From the human T2T-CHM13v2.0 reference genome, Homo sapiens: a DNA stretch of 64,000 nucleotides. Each line of letters starts with the position of its first letter. Positions within the stretch are counted from its first letter, which is position 1. The DNA is taken from assembly GCF_009914755.1 (NCBI RefSeq), contig NC_060928.1; one strand, given 5' to 3'. Shown piece after piece: positions 32,535-51,702 of this stretch. A model generated the notes under the pieces. The model made no database searches. It was given only the letters and a program-made list of their open reading frames with translations, and was not told where the DNA came from. Position numbers and translations under genes: made by a program.

Positions 32535-33747
32535 GTGAGCAGGCTGGGGAGATAACTTACAAGGAGATGTGCACAGGAGTGGTTGGGTTCGGGGACTGCG
32601 CATCCTCAGGCCAGAAAGTTGGGGGCTGCATGGCATGGAGTTAGTTCAGGTTCCCTGCAACGGTGCCTGCCACCGGTGGCTCGCACTGCGCTGAAGAGAG
32701 TTGGAATCTCGTTTTCTTTGAGGAGGTCCCTTTTTCAAACATGTTGATTTCATGGAAGCAGCTTGTGGATTTCATCACTCGAGTCCCCTCTTCCTGTTTG
32801 GGTGCCCCAGGGGGTTTCTGTGTTAGCCCTGATCGCTCTGGGCCTTGTCGTTCTTTCCTTTTTCCTTCTTCCCTTGTGTGCTGGCAGTTCTTTAACTTGT
32901 CCTGGGTTGGGTATTCTTGGAAAACTGTGCTTGTAGGAGTGGCCGTTGTTTCAGATTGTTAAAGAAAAACAAAAATAAAAAAGATTGCCTCTTTTGTCCC
33001 ATGCCCGCTGATCATGATCTTCTCTGCTTTTGTAATTTGGGGAATGGGTGATAAGAAAGGCGTGCTTTGTAAAAGGTTTGGATGCTAAACAAATTGCCCC
33101 ATCCAAAACTCCCCAAATTGCTCAACTGTCTCAATGAAGCAAGTCCCCTGTGGTATGAGGATGGGCTTCTGATTGTTGCTGTTAGACACAAAGGGGACAA
33201 AAAAATAGCCCGAATTCAATGCAATGAGGAAAACAGCCTCACAGAATCAGAGTGCTTTGGAATAAACTGGGCTTTAGTAACCAGTTTCAGGCATCTTCCA
33301 CTCCTCCATCCTCACCCACACCCCCACTTCCATTCTGGGGACCGCAGGGAGCAATCAGGACATCCCAGGGAATTTATTCATCTCAGTGAATTTTTAAAAT
33401 GCAAAGGTACAAAAAGAGGGCTATAAAAAGATTGCGGTATTTTTAAGATGTTTATATTTACAAATTTAACTGCTTTAACCTCCCCCCCCAATACAATGCA
33501 GCACAACTGATATAGTTACAAGTTATTTACAGGATTTATTTTAAGATATCATAAATACAAATTGATAGTGCATGGTGAGGGTGTGGTTTGGTGATATGGC
33601 CCAAGTTTAAAGTTTATTAGTGTGCCACATCAAAAATGTAAACTCAAGTTATCTATCAATGTGAGGCCCAGGCCAATTGCTTCCTTGACTCCTCTCATCA
33701 CTACCACCATTGTGTCCTTGAAGAGATTATTATTAGCAGTAATGTAG

Positions 33748-38135
<4,388 letters not shown>

Positions 38136-38470
38136 CCGTTGCACCCTGCTTTTGACTGAAGGAGAGAGTCAAGACAAAAACAAGTTTACGAGATTAAAGG
38201 TGGTACATGCAGCTAACTCAACACTGTACGAGGTAGTTTGCTTTAGCGACTGGGTGAGTGTTTGAAGGGGAACCACAGAGGAAATATGGTGCTTAATATG
38301 CCACACTTAGGGGGCATAAGTGTGAAATCTTTCCCTTCCTTTTACTGCCGCCTCCGGCCGAAACCCCCACCCAGTTGATGCTTTGCAACCAATGGTTCTT
38401 CCTCTTATAGCATCTCGGTGTGCCTCCTTTCCATGACTGCTGCTTTAAGCTGTTTTCTCATCCACAGACC

Positions 38471-38582
38471 ATGGCTCCCTGGCCTGAATTGGGAGATGCC
38501 CAGCCCAACCCCGATAAGTACCTCGAAGGGGCCGCAGGTCAGCAGCCCACTGCCCCTGATAAAAGCAAAGAGACCAACAAAA
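38471..38582 (+). CDS. SLC34A2: NaPi-IIb coding exon 2 (exon starts 38468; MAPWPELGDAQ...SKETNK)
   Basis: CACAG|ACCATGG Kozak start; donor GTAAGT 38583; 112 nt. Confidence 0.97.
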
Positions 38583-38674
38583 GTAAGTGTCGCTCGTTTG
38601 TCTGCAGATCGGCCTTTGTGAGGACCCCAGGAGACTCAGGTCTGATTCCTCATTACCCCTTTTGCTTGTTTCAG

Positions 38675-38812
38675 CAGATAACACTGAGGCACCTGTAACC
38701 AAGATTGAACTTCTGCCGTCCTACTCCACGGCTACACTGATAGATGAGCCCACTGAGGTGGATGACCCCTGGAACCTACCCACTCTTCAGGACTCGGGGA
38801 TCAAGTGGTCAG
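38675..38812 (+). CDS. SLC34A2: NaPi-IIb exon 3 (TDNTEAPV...SGIKWS); NAGNAG acceptor, alternative start 38678
   Basis: TTTCAG|CAG|ATAAC; donor GTAAAA; 138 nt, frame continuous. Confidence 0.97.
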
Positions 38813-38965
38813 GTAAAAGTGAGGCCAGCTGAGACATTCAGGAGGGAAACTTCCTGTGGTTCACGGTGTCATCATCCTCCTGTCCCTCCCCCTTTTCATT
38901 GTTCTGATTCCCTTGAAGCAAGGGTCCTGGCTAGGGATGTCACCCTCTCATCTTTTTTTTTTTAG

Positions 38966-39160
<195 letters not shown>

Positions 39161-40171
39161 TGATCCACCCTCCTCGACCTTCCAAAGTGCTGAGATTACA
39201 GGCATGAGCCACAGCACCCGGCCACCCTCCCATCTTTGAGGTAGAGTCAAAGCATGTTGGAGTAATTGGGGGTCATTCATTCAACAAATGTGCCAGGCAC
39301 TGTGGTTATAGCAAAGATGGACATTGTCTGGCTCCTTATAATTCGCTGTGGGTGATGAGGTTCCAGGTACTGCTTTGGAGATGCTGTGGATACAGTGATG
39401 AACAGAAAAGGCCCCTCTTCTCAGAGAGCTTTCAGAGGGGTCCCCTCACCAAAATGTGGGCATATTTCTAGTAAAAGAAAATATGCAGCCAGACAGCTGG
39501 ATGCAAGCAATCACTGTTTCATTTCCAAATGTATGTAGGGCAGAAGGTCTGTCTGTGAACTAGACAGCAAGGAGGAAAAAGGAGATTGGGGTGTGGGGTG
39601 GGGAGGAGAGGTAGGAAGGAAAGAGCTGGGAGGGGGAAGATGAGAACCATTTTAAAAGCCAGTGGAGTAAACAGCACTTAAGGATGTAGCATCCCAGGAT
39701 GTATGATGCCCCAAGCCCTCCATAAATTGAGGCTGATTGCTGCTGTGCAGCTGCATTCTAGAAAATACTCTGTGCTGTTTGGAACGTGACAGCCATTATC
39801 TCCGACCCTGCACTTAGCAGGTGGCTAGTGCTGTCAACTGCCTCACTCAGTGACACTGTGGCTCAGCTGAGCATGGAGCCTGGTTTTTCTGTCGCAGACC
39901 ACATTGAACCCCTCCTCCCAAACGCAAATCCTTTAGAGGCACTTTACCAGGGGTTTCAGCTAAATGGACCACAGCGGTAACTGCTTTGAAAGCTGCAGCG
40001 ATGGCTGCTTCCCATCTGTAAGGCTGGCTAGACATAAGAACTTAACGGCTGCCAGGCTGGGAAGGGAGGGGAGGTCGGGGGAGCTCTGAGCTCATTGCCA
40101 AACTTCTCAGGGTTTCCAACACTAAAAGTTTCATGCCTTTCTCTCTCTCCCCCCATCCCACCCCCCTGCAG

Positions 40172-40300
40172 AGAGAGACACCAAAGGGAAGATTCTCTGT
40201 TTCTTCCAAGGGATTGGGAGATTGATTTTACTTCTCGGATTTCTCTACTTTTTCGTGTGCTCCCTGGATATTCTTAGTAGCGCCTTCCAGCTGGTTGGAG
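40172..40300 (+). CDS. SLC34A2: NaPi-IIb exon 4 (ERDTKGKILCFFQG...FQLVG)
   Basis: CTGCAG| ... |GTAAGA; 129 nt; first TM segment. Confidence 0.97.
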
Positions 40301-40983
40301 GTAAGAATGAAAGGGTGAGAGGTCTGCGGGTGAGGGGCATTATCTTGAAATGTGGTTCCGAGAGTAAAACTCAGCAAGCCCTCTCCAGCTGCAGCCTCCT
40401 GGAGTGTTTTAGGACTGGAACCGACCTCAGATCATTTATGAAGTCTATGCTTTCCGTTATAGAAGAGAAAACTGAGGCCTATACAAAGGGCTATGACTTG
40501 GCCCAGGTGGCTTAGGCCAGGAGCTGGGGCTAGACTATTCCAAGCTATCCGCCAGTTGAGTTTGTCCACAAACCCCAGGCAGGAAGTTGTCTGACATACA
40601 GACTTAGCTGAGGAATTCCTATATCCTCCACACCAGAGAGAATTCTGGAATGAGAAAGAGTGCCCTTTCAAATATGGGCCCTTGCTGGGGGAAGGACAGG
40701 GCCCCTTCTCTGGGCTGGAGGAATCTGCATCCATTGTACTTACCTTCACAGCCCTTAGGGCTGCGTGTGCCCATGCAGTGTGAGAACCCAGGAGTGAAGT
40801 CACCATGTGCTTGGTTCCCTTTGTACCTCAATGGTGATGTCAGAAACAAACAAGCAGCACTCCGTCTACTGGGTGCAGGCATTTTCGGGGGCCCTCTATC
40901 AAACATTCTTTCCCAGAGCCCTCCCATTTACGGAGAGATCATGAACCAGCCCTGAGACTCACAGCCTGTGATTAGCAGAGTAA

Positions 40984-41418
<435 letters not shown>

Positions 41419-42097
41419 TGAGCCACCGTGCCTGGCCTCCTGAACATTGCTTCTGGGCTCCCTGGTCCATGGGAGCATCAGCTAGGGGCTTTGCTGTCTG
41501 GTTATCTCAGACAAATCACCTGCATCCTCTGGGCTTCCACCTTCTTTATACAATGGACTTGGGAATGCATTGATGGTCTCAGGTACACTCTTGAGAATAA
41601 CTCTCCCAGCATTCAATTACAGGCTGGTGCTAGGGCTAAGGGTGGATAGAGAGATCTACTCTTGGAGGATAAATCTGAATTGGGTATACACCCCAGAGAC
41701 ATCCAGGAGGCTCATTGGAACCCACTGGTCCCAGTATGGAGTTGAGGCTGGGTTCCTGAGCACAGAAGGGCTTGCTGACTGAGGAGTGTTTGAAGAGTGG
41801 GAGGATGCAGGGTGAAGGAACAAAAGTAACCAGGGGCTCACAGTGGGTCGGGAACCAGGGCAGAGAGACAGAGACAGGAGGCACGTGTGGGCAGCTAGTA
41901 GATTTCCTGCCTTATCGGGGCAGCACTGGGAAGAGGCATGGGGAAGCAAGATTCCTTGGGTGCCTGCAGCGATGGAGGCTGGACTCTGCAACCCACAGCC
42001 AGCTGGCCTTGGATGGAGACTTCTGTTTACTCAGTGCCCACCTAATCCCCCTCGATCACGTTGTGATTGTTTTTGTTTGTTTGTTTGTTTTTCCCAG

Positions 42098-42241
42098 GAA
42101 AAATGGCAGGACAGTTCTTCAGCAACAGCTCTATTATGTCCAACCCTTTGTTGGGGCTGGTGATCGGGGTGCTGGTGACCGTCTTGGTGCAGAGCTCCAG
42201 CACCTCAACGTCCATCGTTGTCAGCATGGTGTCCTCTTCAT
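42098..42241 (+). CDS. SLC34A2: NaPi-IIb exon 5 (GKMAGQFF...VQSSSTSTS...), first QSSS signature
   Basis: CCCAG| ... |GTGAGT; 144 nt; SLC34 QSSS motif. Confidence 0.97.
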
Positions 42242-42481
42242 GTGAGTCGGGGCACCCATGAGCCCACCTGCATTCCAGACACTCTCCTGTCTATCTGAGG
42301 GTGGGAAGGACGGGGGAGGAATTCACTCTGAATATGTCCAGGCCTTGCCACCATTGTCTTGGTATCTTGCCCCAGCTACAATGTGTTTCCCTCTTGATCC
42401 AAGGCAACTTCCTGTTTCCATTTCGATGGCAGGATCTGGAAATAGACCCTGCTGCTGGAGTTCTCAGCTCTGAATTCTCTA

Positions 42482-42705
42482 GTACTGTACTTTCCAGACC
42501 TGTAGCCACTAGCCACATGTGGCAGTTTAATTTTGTTGAACCTTAATTGATTTAAAATTAAAATATAACATTCAGTTCCTCAGTTGTACTAGTTACATTT
42601 CAAGTGTTAAAGAGCCACATGTGGCTGGCTGGCAGCTACCCTATTGAGAAGTAGAGACATAGAACATTTCCTTCACTGCAGAAAGTTAGTTCTCTGGGAC
42701 AGGGC
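42482..42705. mobile_element. MER3-like hAT DNA transposon
   Basis: GTAGCCACTAGCCACATGTGGC...TTCAGTTCCTCAGTTGTACTAG...CATAGAACATTTCC. Confidence 0.7.
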
Positions 42706-43371
42706 CACTCTCAGTGCTAAGAAGAAAGACAACTTAATCACATCACAAATTGCTCTGGGACAACCGAGCTTGGGAGATGGCACACTAAACTTGTACCTGT
42801 CTGATAATTGCTGCAGCTACGTTGGACAGACCCTCTGAGGGGGACCAGTTTGAACTGATTATTATTATTTTTTTTTCTATTTTCTTTTTAAATAGAGACT
42901 TGGGTCTCACTGTGTTGCCCAGGCTGGTCTCAAACTTCTGGGCTCAAGTGATCCTCCCAAAATGCTGGGATTACAGGCCTGAGCCACAGCCCCTGACCAG
43001 AACTATTTTTCTTCCCAAGCTAGCATCTTAGCCAAAATTAACTAGAATGTTTCTCGTCCAGTTAGAAAAAGGTATTACACTTTCAAAATATTTTACTTGT
43101 TTATATCAAAAAAGGTGCAGCAATATGCTGATTTTGTTGGAAAAAGTTACACTGCCTAGAATTAAATGTCTGATATCCAGCACAGAAATGATGCTTCCTG
43201 GCTGGGCCTAGTGGCTCACGCCTATAATCCCAGCACTCTGGGAGGCTGAGGTGGGAGGCTCACCTGAGGTTGGGAATCTGAGACCAGCCTGACCAACACG
43301 GTGAAACCCCGTCTCTACTAAAAATACAAAAATTAGCTGGATGTGGTGGTGCATGCCTCCAGTCTCAGCTA

Positions 43372-43524
<153 letters not shown>

Positions 43525-43849
43525 TTAAAGGCGAGCCTGTGTGCCATGCACAACTGACTCAACTGTACATGCAAGCCCTGCACTCATCCACCTAAGTCCT
43601 TAATCAGTGGGTGCCTCCTGGTCTCCTTCAGGCTAGCCTTGGATCTGCAATAGGGAGGAAGGAGGAAGCTAGAAAGGCACTTTCTTCAGATTCATAGTGA
43701 GGTGCAGAGTGAGGTGCAAAAAAAAAGTTTAAGAATTCACTTGCATAGAGGATAAAAACTACTTCTTTAGAGGATACCAGCATAGGTAACTTTAGCCTGC
43801 CTCCAGGCTGCCTTTCTAAGCTTGCTAATGGTACTTTTCCATCCTCTAG

Positions 43850-43961
43850 TGCTCACTGTTCGGGCTGCCATCCCCATTATCATGGGGGCCAACATTGGAA
43901 CGTCAATCACCAACACTATTGTTGCGCTCATGCAGGTGGGAGATCGGAGTGAGTTCAGAAG
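43850..43961 (+). CDS. SLC34A2: NaPi-IIb exon 6 ([19 protein letters not shown]...SEFR)
   Basis: CTCTAG| ... |GTAAGA; 112 nt; GANIGT motif. Confidence 0.97.
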
Positions 43962-44286
43962 GTAAGAGGCTCAAAACCAGCCTTTGCGACATCAGCTCTA
44001 TTGTTCTTGGCCACGCTGTTGTAACTGCTTTTAACCAGCCAAAGATGACATGCTTATCAGGTTCATTCCTGGAGTTCCTAGAAGTAACCACAGGGAGGTA
44101 TGGCTAGGGTTGGATCACATACTCACCAGCTGATTAGACTCAGCTCCCTGATCGGCAGAGCAGGGATAATACTATCTATCACTACTGAGTTGTTGTAGGA
44201 TTAAATATACAACCCAGCAGGTGAGTGTTCAGAGCACCCAGCACATTGAGTTCACTAAATAAATGCAAACTCTAGCTAGAAACTTA

Positions 44287-44667
<381 letters not shown>

Positions 44668-45616
44668 TTAAACTTCCACTTTCGGTCAGCTCAACCCATG
44701 CCACCTTTTCTTTGTTCTTCACTTACAAGTTAATAAAAAACAAAACCTAGTTTCTGCGTATGCAGAAACTCTGAAACTAGAGCAGGTAGAATGCTGGAAA
44801 CTCTTTTCTTTCAAAAAGGTTAATGTGAAAATTAAGTGTTTCTTAGCCTCTTCTAGCTAGTTTTTTTTTTTTTTCAGTTTTTTTTTAAAAGGTAAGCTGT
44901 TTCATTGAAGACATAAAAATCCAGAACAGAGTTTTTTAAATCTGGAGATAAGATGGAATCGAGGAGGAATCTTTGAACCTCCTCAGATGGATGCAAAATG
45001 TTTTAGCCTTGTTTCCCATGGAAACTATTCATGTTTCATCACTTTCAAGAACTTAAAAAAAGTTTAAGAATTCACTTGCATAGAGGTCTTTTTAAGTTAA
45101 ATTTTTTTATTGATACAAAATATTTTTACACCTTTCTGGGAAACATGTGATATTTTGTTACATTCATAGAATGTGTAGTGATCAAATCAGGGTATTTGAG
45201 GTGCCCACCGCTTTGGGGATTTATGATTTCTATGTGTTTGGAACAATTGAAAACTCCAGCATAGAGGGCTTTGGTTGCCTTCATACTGGTCCCCACCTTT
45301 CCAAAAGAAGGTAGCCTTCAATATACATGATACAAAAGTGCCCTTGATGCAATTCTTCGAAACAGTGATTGCTGAGCTAATTATTCCAGCCGTAACATGC
45401 TTGCTGGCCCGCAGCTTCTTCATCTGGCCAATGGGAATATAGATACCAGCCACTTTGGGGATCGATATGAGAGAACAAAAATGAGATTGTGTACATGTGC
45501 ACACTTCCATAGGTGACACCTAGCAGAGGGTGGCAGATGATACAGGTAATGACCCACCTCACATGGTGCCCACTTGCTTAGTGACTAATCTGGCTGTCGG
45601 GGTTTCCCTCCCATAG

Positions 45617-45812
45617 AGCTTTTGCAGGAGCCACTGTCCATGACTTCTTCAACTGGCTGTCCGTGTTGGTGCTCTTGCCCGTGGAGGTGGCCACCCATTA
45701 CCTCGAGATCATAACCCAGCTTATAGTGGAGAGCTTCCACTTCAAGAATGGAGAAGATGCCCCAGATCTTCTGAAAGTCATCACTAAGCCCTTCACAAAG
45801 CTCATTGTCCAG
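45617..45812 (+). CDS. SLC34A2: NaPi-IIb exon 7 ([14 protein letters not shown]...KLIVQ)
   Basis: CCATAG| ... |GTAACT; 196 nt. Confidence 0.97.
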
Positions 45813-46707
45813 GTAACTTAGCTCCTTCAGAGAGAGAAGGAGACTAACTTCCTACCCACAACATCCCCTACCTGAGCTGACAGATATAGAGTGTCTACAA
45901 CACTATTCTGGGCCTGGCATGGTGGCTCACCCTTGTTTTCCCAGCACTTTGGGAGGCCGAGGCAGGTGGATTGCTTGAGGTCAGGAATCTGAGACCAGCC
46001 TGGCCAACATGGCATAACCCTGTCTATACTAAAATGCAAAACATTAGCTGGGCATGGTGGCGTGCACCTGTAGTCCCAGCTATGTGGGGGCTGAGAAAGG
46101 AGGATCGCTTGAACCCCGGGAGGTCAAGGCTGCAGTGAGCTGAGAATTGTGCCATTGCACTCCAGCCTGGGTGACAAAGTGAGACTGTTTTTAAAAAATA
46201 AATAGATGAATAAACACTACTCTGTAGCTGCCTCTGGAAAAGGCCAAGGGAGGCAGAACTTTTGGGCCACCTGATAGAGTGACTGACCTTGATGGTTACT
46301 TTGACTTCCATAACATGCCACCTTTATTGGGGTGGAGGTGCTTCTTAAGACTGGACACTTGAGACCACTTTGTTCCCACTGCTGTCCTCAACACCAGTGG
46401 ACTTGATAAAGTATGATCTACCCTTTCCTGCCTAGAGTCATCTCAGCCCCTTCTCCCTGGGTCCTTGCTAGGACCTTGTGTTTTCACTCTTACTGGTTTT
46501 CTTGGCCATTCAGTCATCCAGAAAATATCTACTGTCTGCTCCCTAGATATCAGTGCCTCTGCAGATAGAGTGAGTCCCACTTTGCCTCTCTGGGGGCTCA
46601 CAGTCACATTTATCTCCTTAGAGCCCCTCTCACTTCAACCCCCTGGGTTTGTGTCCTAAATCGGTTCTGAGGATATGCTGATGGTTTCCTGTCTACTGTT
46701 TCCACAG

Positions 46708-46803
46708 CTGGATAAAAAAGTTATCAGCCAAATTGCAATGAACGATGAAAAAGCGAAAAACAAGAGTCTTGTCAAGATTTGGTGCAAAACTTTTACCAAC
46801 AAG
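46708..46803 (+). CDS. SLC34A2: NaPi-IIb exon 8 (LDKKVISQIA...TFTNK)
   Basis: CACAG| ... |GTACGT; 96 nt. Confidence 0.97.
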
Positions 46804-47570
46804 GTACGTTTCCAAGAATATTCCCGGGGCGGGGAGTGAACCTTTGCATCTGAACATGAAACTAAATCTTGCCTTCAAGGAAGGTAAATAGAAAGTCAGG
46901 GGAAAGAAATATTGGGAGTCCCTGAAAAATCAAAAGTGACCAGTGAATGCCTTTAGAAAACAAGTCCTTGAATGAATGCCAAATGCAGGTAAACAGTAGG
47001 ACAGACAGACTCCCTTTTGCCCCATCCCAGGGATACATTATTTCTGGTTTGTTATTTCCATGCCTCTTGGAGAAGGCTTAGCTCTGCCTGCCGCTCTGTT
47101 CTCATTTTTGGAGAGACTTGTGGAAGTAGTCCAGCACGCCCTACGGGTGTTGGCAGCAAGTGTCCTCTCTCTTACTTTCCAGACTTTTCCAGAGTATTCC
47201 CCCTGCTCGGGCCCAGAGCATTCATGCCCTCTGTCAGGAACCTACCCAGGCTGCTTTGCACCTGGGTTGTGGCTTGCCCTTGCTTCTGGGGTGTACATGT
47301 ATTTTTTTTGTGGGGTGCTAAAGACTGGAGACTAGAATAAACAAAGTAGATGTTTTTAAATGATGAAGGCTGATTTCAGTTGTCCTCAGTTATTCTAAGA
47401 TTTCTAATAAAGGTGAGAAATAAGTCTTCAAGAGAAAAGAACTGTTCTGTTGGGGCCATACTGCATGCACCATGGGTGGTGTCTGCGCCTGTTCATTCCC
47501 ACCCCCGCCATTGCCTCCCATTCCCCACTAAAAGCCAGTGTTGTGGGCATTTGTCATGTTTGTCATCCAG

Positions 47571-47691
47571 ACCCAGATTAACGTCACTGTTCCCTCGACT
47601 GCTAACTGCACCTCCCCTTCCCTCTGTTGGACGGATGGCATCCAAAACTGGACCATGAAGAATGTGACCTACAAGGAGAACATCGCCAAAT
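47571..47691 (+). CDS. SLC34A2: NaPi-IIb exon 9 (TQINVTVPSTANCTSPSLCWTDGIQNWTMKNVTYKENIAK), glycosylated large extracellular loop
   Basis: TCCAG| ... |GTGAGT; 121 nt; several N-x-T sequons. Confidence 0.97.
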
Positions 47692-49056
47692 GTGAGTGGA
47701 GCTCAGTGGATTGGCCACTATGACAGGTGTTGTCTGGGGGTGACCTATTTATCCGTGTGAAGTCCCAGTAAGTGAAGGAAAGGACAGTAGGAGTCACCAA
47801 GCACCTGCCCTACATCAAGCAGTGAGCAACATGCTTTCACAGCAGAGGAAACTATGGCTTAGGAACTGAGGTGACAGGCCTGAGGTCCCACAGCAAGGGC
47901 AGAACTGGAACTTGAAGTCCATTTCCTTTGCCAGCTCCACACCACCTCAGAAAAGCTCAACAGATTCTAGAGGATTCCCTCTACATGCTTTGTTCAGATT
48001 CCTTTAGTCAATAACTCTAGGGGCCAGGCATGGTGTCTCAAGGCTATAATCCCAGCACTTTGGGGAGGCCGAGATGGGCTGGTCACTTGAAGCCAGGAGT
48101 TTGAGACCAGCCTGGCCAACATGGTGAAACCCTGTTTCTACTAAAAATAATACAAAAAAAGTAGGCATGGTGGCTCAAGCCTATAATTCCAGCCAAGATT
48201 GCACCACTACACTCCAGCCTGGGCAACAGGGAGATAGTCTGTCTCAAAATAAAATAACTTTAGGGAGACGACAACCCGATTTGAAGGAAGATGTGGGACC
48301 CACATAGAACAGATGTATTCACTCAATTAGTCCCTACTGTACAGCAGGCCCCATTTCAGGGCACTGGGGCTGTAGCTCTTGAACGGGCAGTGAGCTTGCA
48401 TGATGCTCTGATTATTAAGAAGCTGTAATGTTTTTTCCAACCCAGCCATCCTTCGTTATTCTAATTACTCCTTACATATACTTTTGTATATCTCTGCTTC
48501 TCTCTTCTCACCCTCCCACCACATTAATTCTGAGCACTATATCTTAATACTCTAGGTATGATTACCCCAAAGAATCAAGTTAACTTACCACCTCCCACAT
48601 TCTAGGCACTATACATTCATTCATATAACCATGTTTTGCTGGGATTATCTGGGGGATGCAGAAGGGGCTTTATAATTAGCAATGCCCCTTACTTTGACTT
48701 GCCCATCGAATCCCTCAAAGCATACTTATCATTAGTAAAAAAAAAAAATTAGACCATCGACAGCATGGTCTTTAGAGACAGAACTGGGCTGAGTCTACCC
48801 CTGAACAGTTGTGTGATTTTTAAAGCCATCACTTCATCTTCCAGCCTCATGCGATCCCACTGATTATGACATAGTTTCAGTGGTGCCCCTTGCTGCGAAG
48901 GAGGCTGAGAAGGGCTGTCTTGATTTGGGGCTGCCATCTGTTAAACTAACAACCAGGAATCTGTTTGTAGGAAAGACAGGATCTGGGGGAATAAATAACA
49001 ATCTGTAGCCGTGGTGGCTCCATGCCCTCCTGACAAGATTCTTTGTGGTCTTTCAG

Positions 49057-49224
49057 GCCAGCATATCTTTGTGAATTTCCACCTCCCGGATCTTGCTGTG
49101 GGCACCATCTTGCTCATACTCTCCCTGCTGGTCCTCTGTGGTTGCCTGATCATGATTGTCAAGATCCTGGGCTCTGTGCTCAAGGGGCAGGTCGCCACTG
49201 TCATCAAGAAGACCATCAACACTG
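49057..49224 (+). CDS. SLC34A2: NaPi-IIb exon 10 ([12 protein letters not shown]...KKTINT)
   Basis: TTCAG| ... |GTAGGT; 168 nt. Confidence 0.97.
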
Positions 49225-50266
49225 GTAGGTACACTGCCCTCACTTGTAGGCCTTGAGGGATGGTCACTGCATGGGGTGTGGGGGTCCTTTAGATTCCCAT
49301 CTAGCAATGGCCTCTGCATGGAGTTTCTCTCTCAGATTGGATCAGCACCAGAAGTGAGGATGTCATTCACCTGGAAATGTTCTTGGCATCCTGGGTGGGG
49401 TCTAGGGAGCAGGCCCAAGTTTCCATTGCATCTTGGCAAGGTCCTGAGCAGGAGTTCATATCTAGAGAGCTGTGAGTCAGGCCTTCCTTCTTAGCGGGTT
49501 TCCTGTATGCTCAGAGCTTTACTGGCTCTGTCAAGACCCCTTAGAAAAAGGACCCCAGGTGTCTGCCCTCGCCCCCACCTCCCTTCACTCTTGTAAAGGA
49601 AATGTGATGCATAAATACATCAGCATCTAGAGGTGGCCAATGAGACTGCTGGCTAAGAGGATTTCCTGCCAAGTAGGGTGTCCTGGCCAATGAGAGCTCG
49701 CTAAGCCAATGACATCATCACTTCATGAAAGCTCAGTGAAATATAGCCAAGAAAATTCGCCCCCCACCCCAGATTGTCTTGGGGAACAGAGCAACTCTGG
49801 GTGCTTCTGGGAAATGCAGGGCCTGATCCGGTGCTAGTTGGGTGGAGGACTCAGTTGGCAGGCATGTTCCAAGCTGCTACAGTTTCTTGATGCTCTTTAA
49901 GGCAGAAATGAAGGTTGAAGGTCAAATGTGGGTGCTGACAGGAGACCAGGGCAGGCGAGGAAGCATGCTCTCAGCACTTTCTGGAAGGAGAGTGGTTACT
50001 TGGGTGGGTTCACTCTTTCTAACCTGACCTCCAGGGAATCTGTGTTTTTGTTTTCATAACACTTACCTGTATCCTTGGTTTTTCCATCTGAATATGCGGA
50101 GCAAAAGACAATGGGGAATGAAACTGGATTCTAAAACTCTACTCTGTAATCTGAGACCATATATGGGATGATGTACAACCTCACCCCTAAGCCCAGCCCC
50201 TACCCCAGGCCACCAGGCCATACCTTCCCCGGAGAGGCCATGACATCTCTTCCTTCTGTCTTCCAG

Positions 50267-50383
50267 ATTTCCCCTTTCCCTTTGCATGGTTGACTGGCTA
50301 CCTGGCCATCCTCGTCGGGGCAGGCATGACCTTCATCGTACAGAGCAGCTCTGTGTTCACGTCGGCCTTGACCCCCCTGATTG
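50267..50383 (+). CDS. SLC34A2: NaPi-IIb exon 11 (DFPFPFAW...[15 protein letters not shown]), second QSSS signature
   Basis: TCCAG| ... |GTGAGT; 117 nt. Confidence 0.97.
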
Positions 50384-50475
50384 GTGAGTTACACCCTGGC
50401 TTCTCCCTCTGGCCACCACTGCCATTTCCTGTCATCCCATGGGGCTGATATGTTTGTGTTTTGTGTTTCCCCCAG

Positions 50476-50600
50476 GAATCGGCGTGATAACCATTGAGAG
50501 GGCTTATCCACTCACGCTGGGCTCCAACATCGGCACCACCACCACCGCCATCCTGGCCGCCTTAGCCAGCCCTGGCAATGCATTGAGGAGTTCACTCCAG
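50476..50600 (+). CDS. SLC34A2: NaPi-IIb exon 12 ([22 protein letters not shown]...SSLQ)
   Basis: CCCAG| ... |GTCAGG; 125 nt; GSNIGT motif. Confidence 0.97.
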
Positions 50601-51042
50601 GTCAGGACTTGGGGCACGGGGACAGGGGCCCTGGGAGTGGGACCACCCATGGTCTTGCAAACTGGTCTCTAACAAGAGCCAGGCTTTTCTCTGTACTATC
50701 CAAAATATGGAACTAATATGTGGAGGGGAAGCCACGGGTAAAGTTTTCAGGACCTTGATATGAGAACAATCAAAACTATCAGTTCTGAGAGAAGCAGTAA
50801 GACCCTCATAACTGGTGGTTGTTTCAGCAAAAGTGGGGTGGCCCCTTGATATAGATGTGGAAAAGGTACTTAGGAAGCACAGACACCACCTCCCATCTCC
50901 TCACTGCCTCCTATGGGGAACTTTACAATTAGGAGAACTCCTTGGCATGGACCATCTATGTTACTTTGTGCAAGACCTTTGGGATTTGAATTTATTTATT
51001 TATTTTTATTTTATTTTTTTGAGACAGAGTCTCGCACTGTAG

Positions 51043-51222
<180 letters not shown>

Positions 51223-51449
51223 TGAACTCTGGACCTCATGATGTGCTTGCCTTGGCCTCCCAAAGTGCTGGGATTACAGGCGTGAGCCACTGCACCCAGC
51301 CGGGGATTTGAATTCTTATCTCACCATTTACATACTAAGTGACCTTTGGCAAGTGATCTAACCTGAGCGTCAATTCCCTCATCTGAAAGATGGAGGACAT
51401 AACCCCTATCTCATTAGGATTATTATAAAGATCTGATGAGGCAAAGCCA

Positions 51450-51702
51450 TCTGTGCAACAGAAATAGAAATTCAGGCATCTAATATAAATTAACCGCATA
51501 TGTCATCCTAAAATTTTTTAGTAGATACATTTTTAAAAGTAGAAACAGGCTGATTCATTCTTCAATAATGTATTTGATCTAAACCATTATCACTTTAATA
51601 TGTCATCTGTCAAAAATTGAGAGTCTTTGAAATCTGGTGTGTATTTCATACTTAAAGCACATCTCAGTGTGGACATGCGGCTAGTGTATTGGACAGTGCT
51701 GG
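51450..51702. mobile_element. MER33-like hAT DNA transposon
   Basis: ...GAAATCTGGTGTGTATTTCATACTTAAAGCACATCTCA...GTATTGGACAGTGC. Confidence 0.65.
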
